A stretch of DNA of 64,000 bases from Oikopleura dioica (Eukaryota > Animalia > Chordata), in assembly GCA_907165135.1 (NCBI GenBank), contig OU015566.1, forward strand, positions 14,446,001-14,510,000, read 5' to 3'. This document shows positions 63,001-64,000 of this stretch, one piece after another (position 1 is the first letter of the stretch; the number at the start of each line of letters is the position of its first letter). A model generated the notes under the pieces. That model saw nothing but the letters and a program-made list of their open reading frames with translations, ran no database searches and had not been told where the DNA came from. The translations under genes and the position numbers were made by a program.

Positions 63001-64000
63001 TTGGATAAGGTTCAAGATAGTTTGAGAGTGTTTTAGGCCGGTTTCTGCCGGTTTGTCATTAGGGTTACGAATTTGGATAAGGTTCAAGATAGTTTGAGAG
63101 TGTTTTAGGCCGGTTTCTGCCGGTTTGTCATTAGGGTTACGAATTTGGATAAGGTTCAAGATAGTTTGAGAGTGTTTTAGGCCGGTTTCTGCCGGTTTGT
63201 CATTAGGGTTACGAATTTGGATAAGGTTCAAGATAGTTTGAGAGTGTTTTAGGCCGGTTTCTGCCGGTTTGTCATTAGGGTTACGAATTTGGATAAGGTT
63301 CAAGATAGTTTGAGAGTGTTTTAGGCCGGTTTCTGCCGGTTTGTCATTAGGGTTACGAATTTGGATAAGGTTCAAGATAGTTTGAGAGTGTTTTAGGCCG
63401 GTTTCTGCCGGTTTGTCATTAGGGTTACGAATTTGGATAAGGTTCAAGATAGTTTGAGAGTGTTTTAGGCCGGTTTCTGCCGGTTTGTCATTAGGGTTAC
63501 GAATTTGGATAAGGTTCAAGATAGTTTGAGAGTGTTTTAGGCCGGTTTCTGCCGGTTTGTCATTAGGGTTACGAATTTGGATAAGGTTCAAGATAGTTTG
63601 AGAGTGTTTTAGGCCGGTTTCTGCCGGTTTGTCATTAGGGTTACGAATTTGGATAAGGTTCAAGATAGTTTGAGAGTGTTTTAGGCCGGTTTCTGCCGGT
63701 TTGTCATTAGGGTTACGAATTTGGATAAGGTTCAAGATAGTTTGAGAGTGTTTTAGGCCGGTTTCTGCCGGTTTGTCATTAGGGTTACGAATTTGGATAA
63801 GGTTCAAGATAGTTTGAGAGTGTTTTAGGCCGGTTTCTGCCGGTTTGTCATTAGGGTTACGAATTTGGATAAGGTTCAAGATAGTTTGAGAGTGTTTTAG
63901 GCCGGTTTCTGCCGGTTTGTCATTAGGGTTACGAATTTGGATAAGGTTCAAGATAGTTTGAGAGTGTTTTAGGCCGGTTTCTGCCGGTTTGTCATTAGGG
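57062..64000 (+). repeat. 72-bp tandem array, ~96 apparently identical copies, running off the window end; candidate telomeric or subtelomeric satellite
   Basis: Unit CCGGTTTCTGCCGGTTTGTCATTAGGGTTACGAATTTGGATAAGGTTCAAGATAGTTTGAGAGTGTTTTAGG (T27 G22 A15 C8). The 60-nt lines recur every 6 lines (360 = 5 x 72) and the antisense translation is an invariant 24-aa repeat. Confidence 0.99.

Noticed and set aside
57031-63951. 2,306-aa minus-strand ORF
   Set aside because: It is the stop-free frame of a 72-bp (multiple of 3) repeat, has no ATG start and shows no synonymous variation. It is a by-product of the satellite.
56856-64000. CRISPR-like array
   Set aside because: The repeats are head-to-tail with no unique spacers, there are no cas genes, and the context is eukaryotic.

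Overview
Eukaryotic, AT-rich, very compact genome with 30-60 bp introns and several GA-AG/GC-AG introns; this resembles an appendicularian tunicate such as Oikopleura (inference). 1-16 kb: largely non-coding, with two PLAC8-family paralogues (- strand) and many non-autonomous DNA transposons (MULE/foldback-like with 9-bp TSDs, Kolobok-like with TTAA, other MITEs). 17-21 kb: phospholipase C delta-like gene. 21-24 kb: a kelch-like gene disrupted by a 1.47-kb MULE-like element, then a Tc1-like MITE. About 24.8-48 kb: a patchwork of intron-containing, co-oriented, broken copies of housekeeping genes (choline kinase-like, STRIP, PMPCA, HS2ST1, DHHC, GALE, glycogen phosphorylase, DDX55, clathrin heavy chain, CWF19L2, PPTC7, TUBGCP3) fused at abrupt junctions. 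Two paralogues with a C-terminal TRF-like telobox Myb domain lie within or beside this patchwork. The second looks intact (about 1,150 aa) and also has a PDZ domain. 52-56 kb: an operon-like run of three genes ending in FIP1L1. From 57,062 to the window end: about 96 identical copies of a G/T-rich 72-bp repeat, each with one TTAGGGTTA site. Best candidate for a new system: a subtelomere-like region that duplicates TRF-like genes next to a non-canonical 72-bp terminal array. Several single-base frameshifts fall in homopolymer runs and may be assembly errors.
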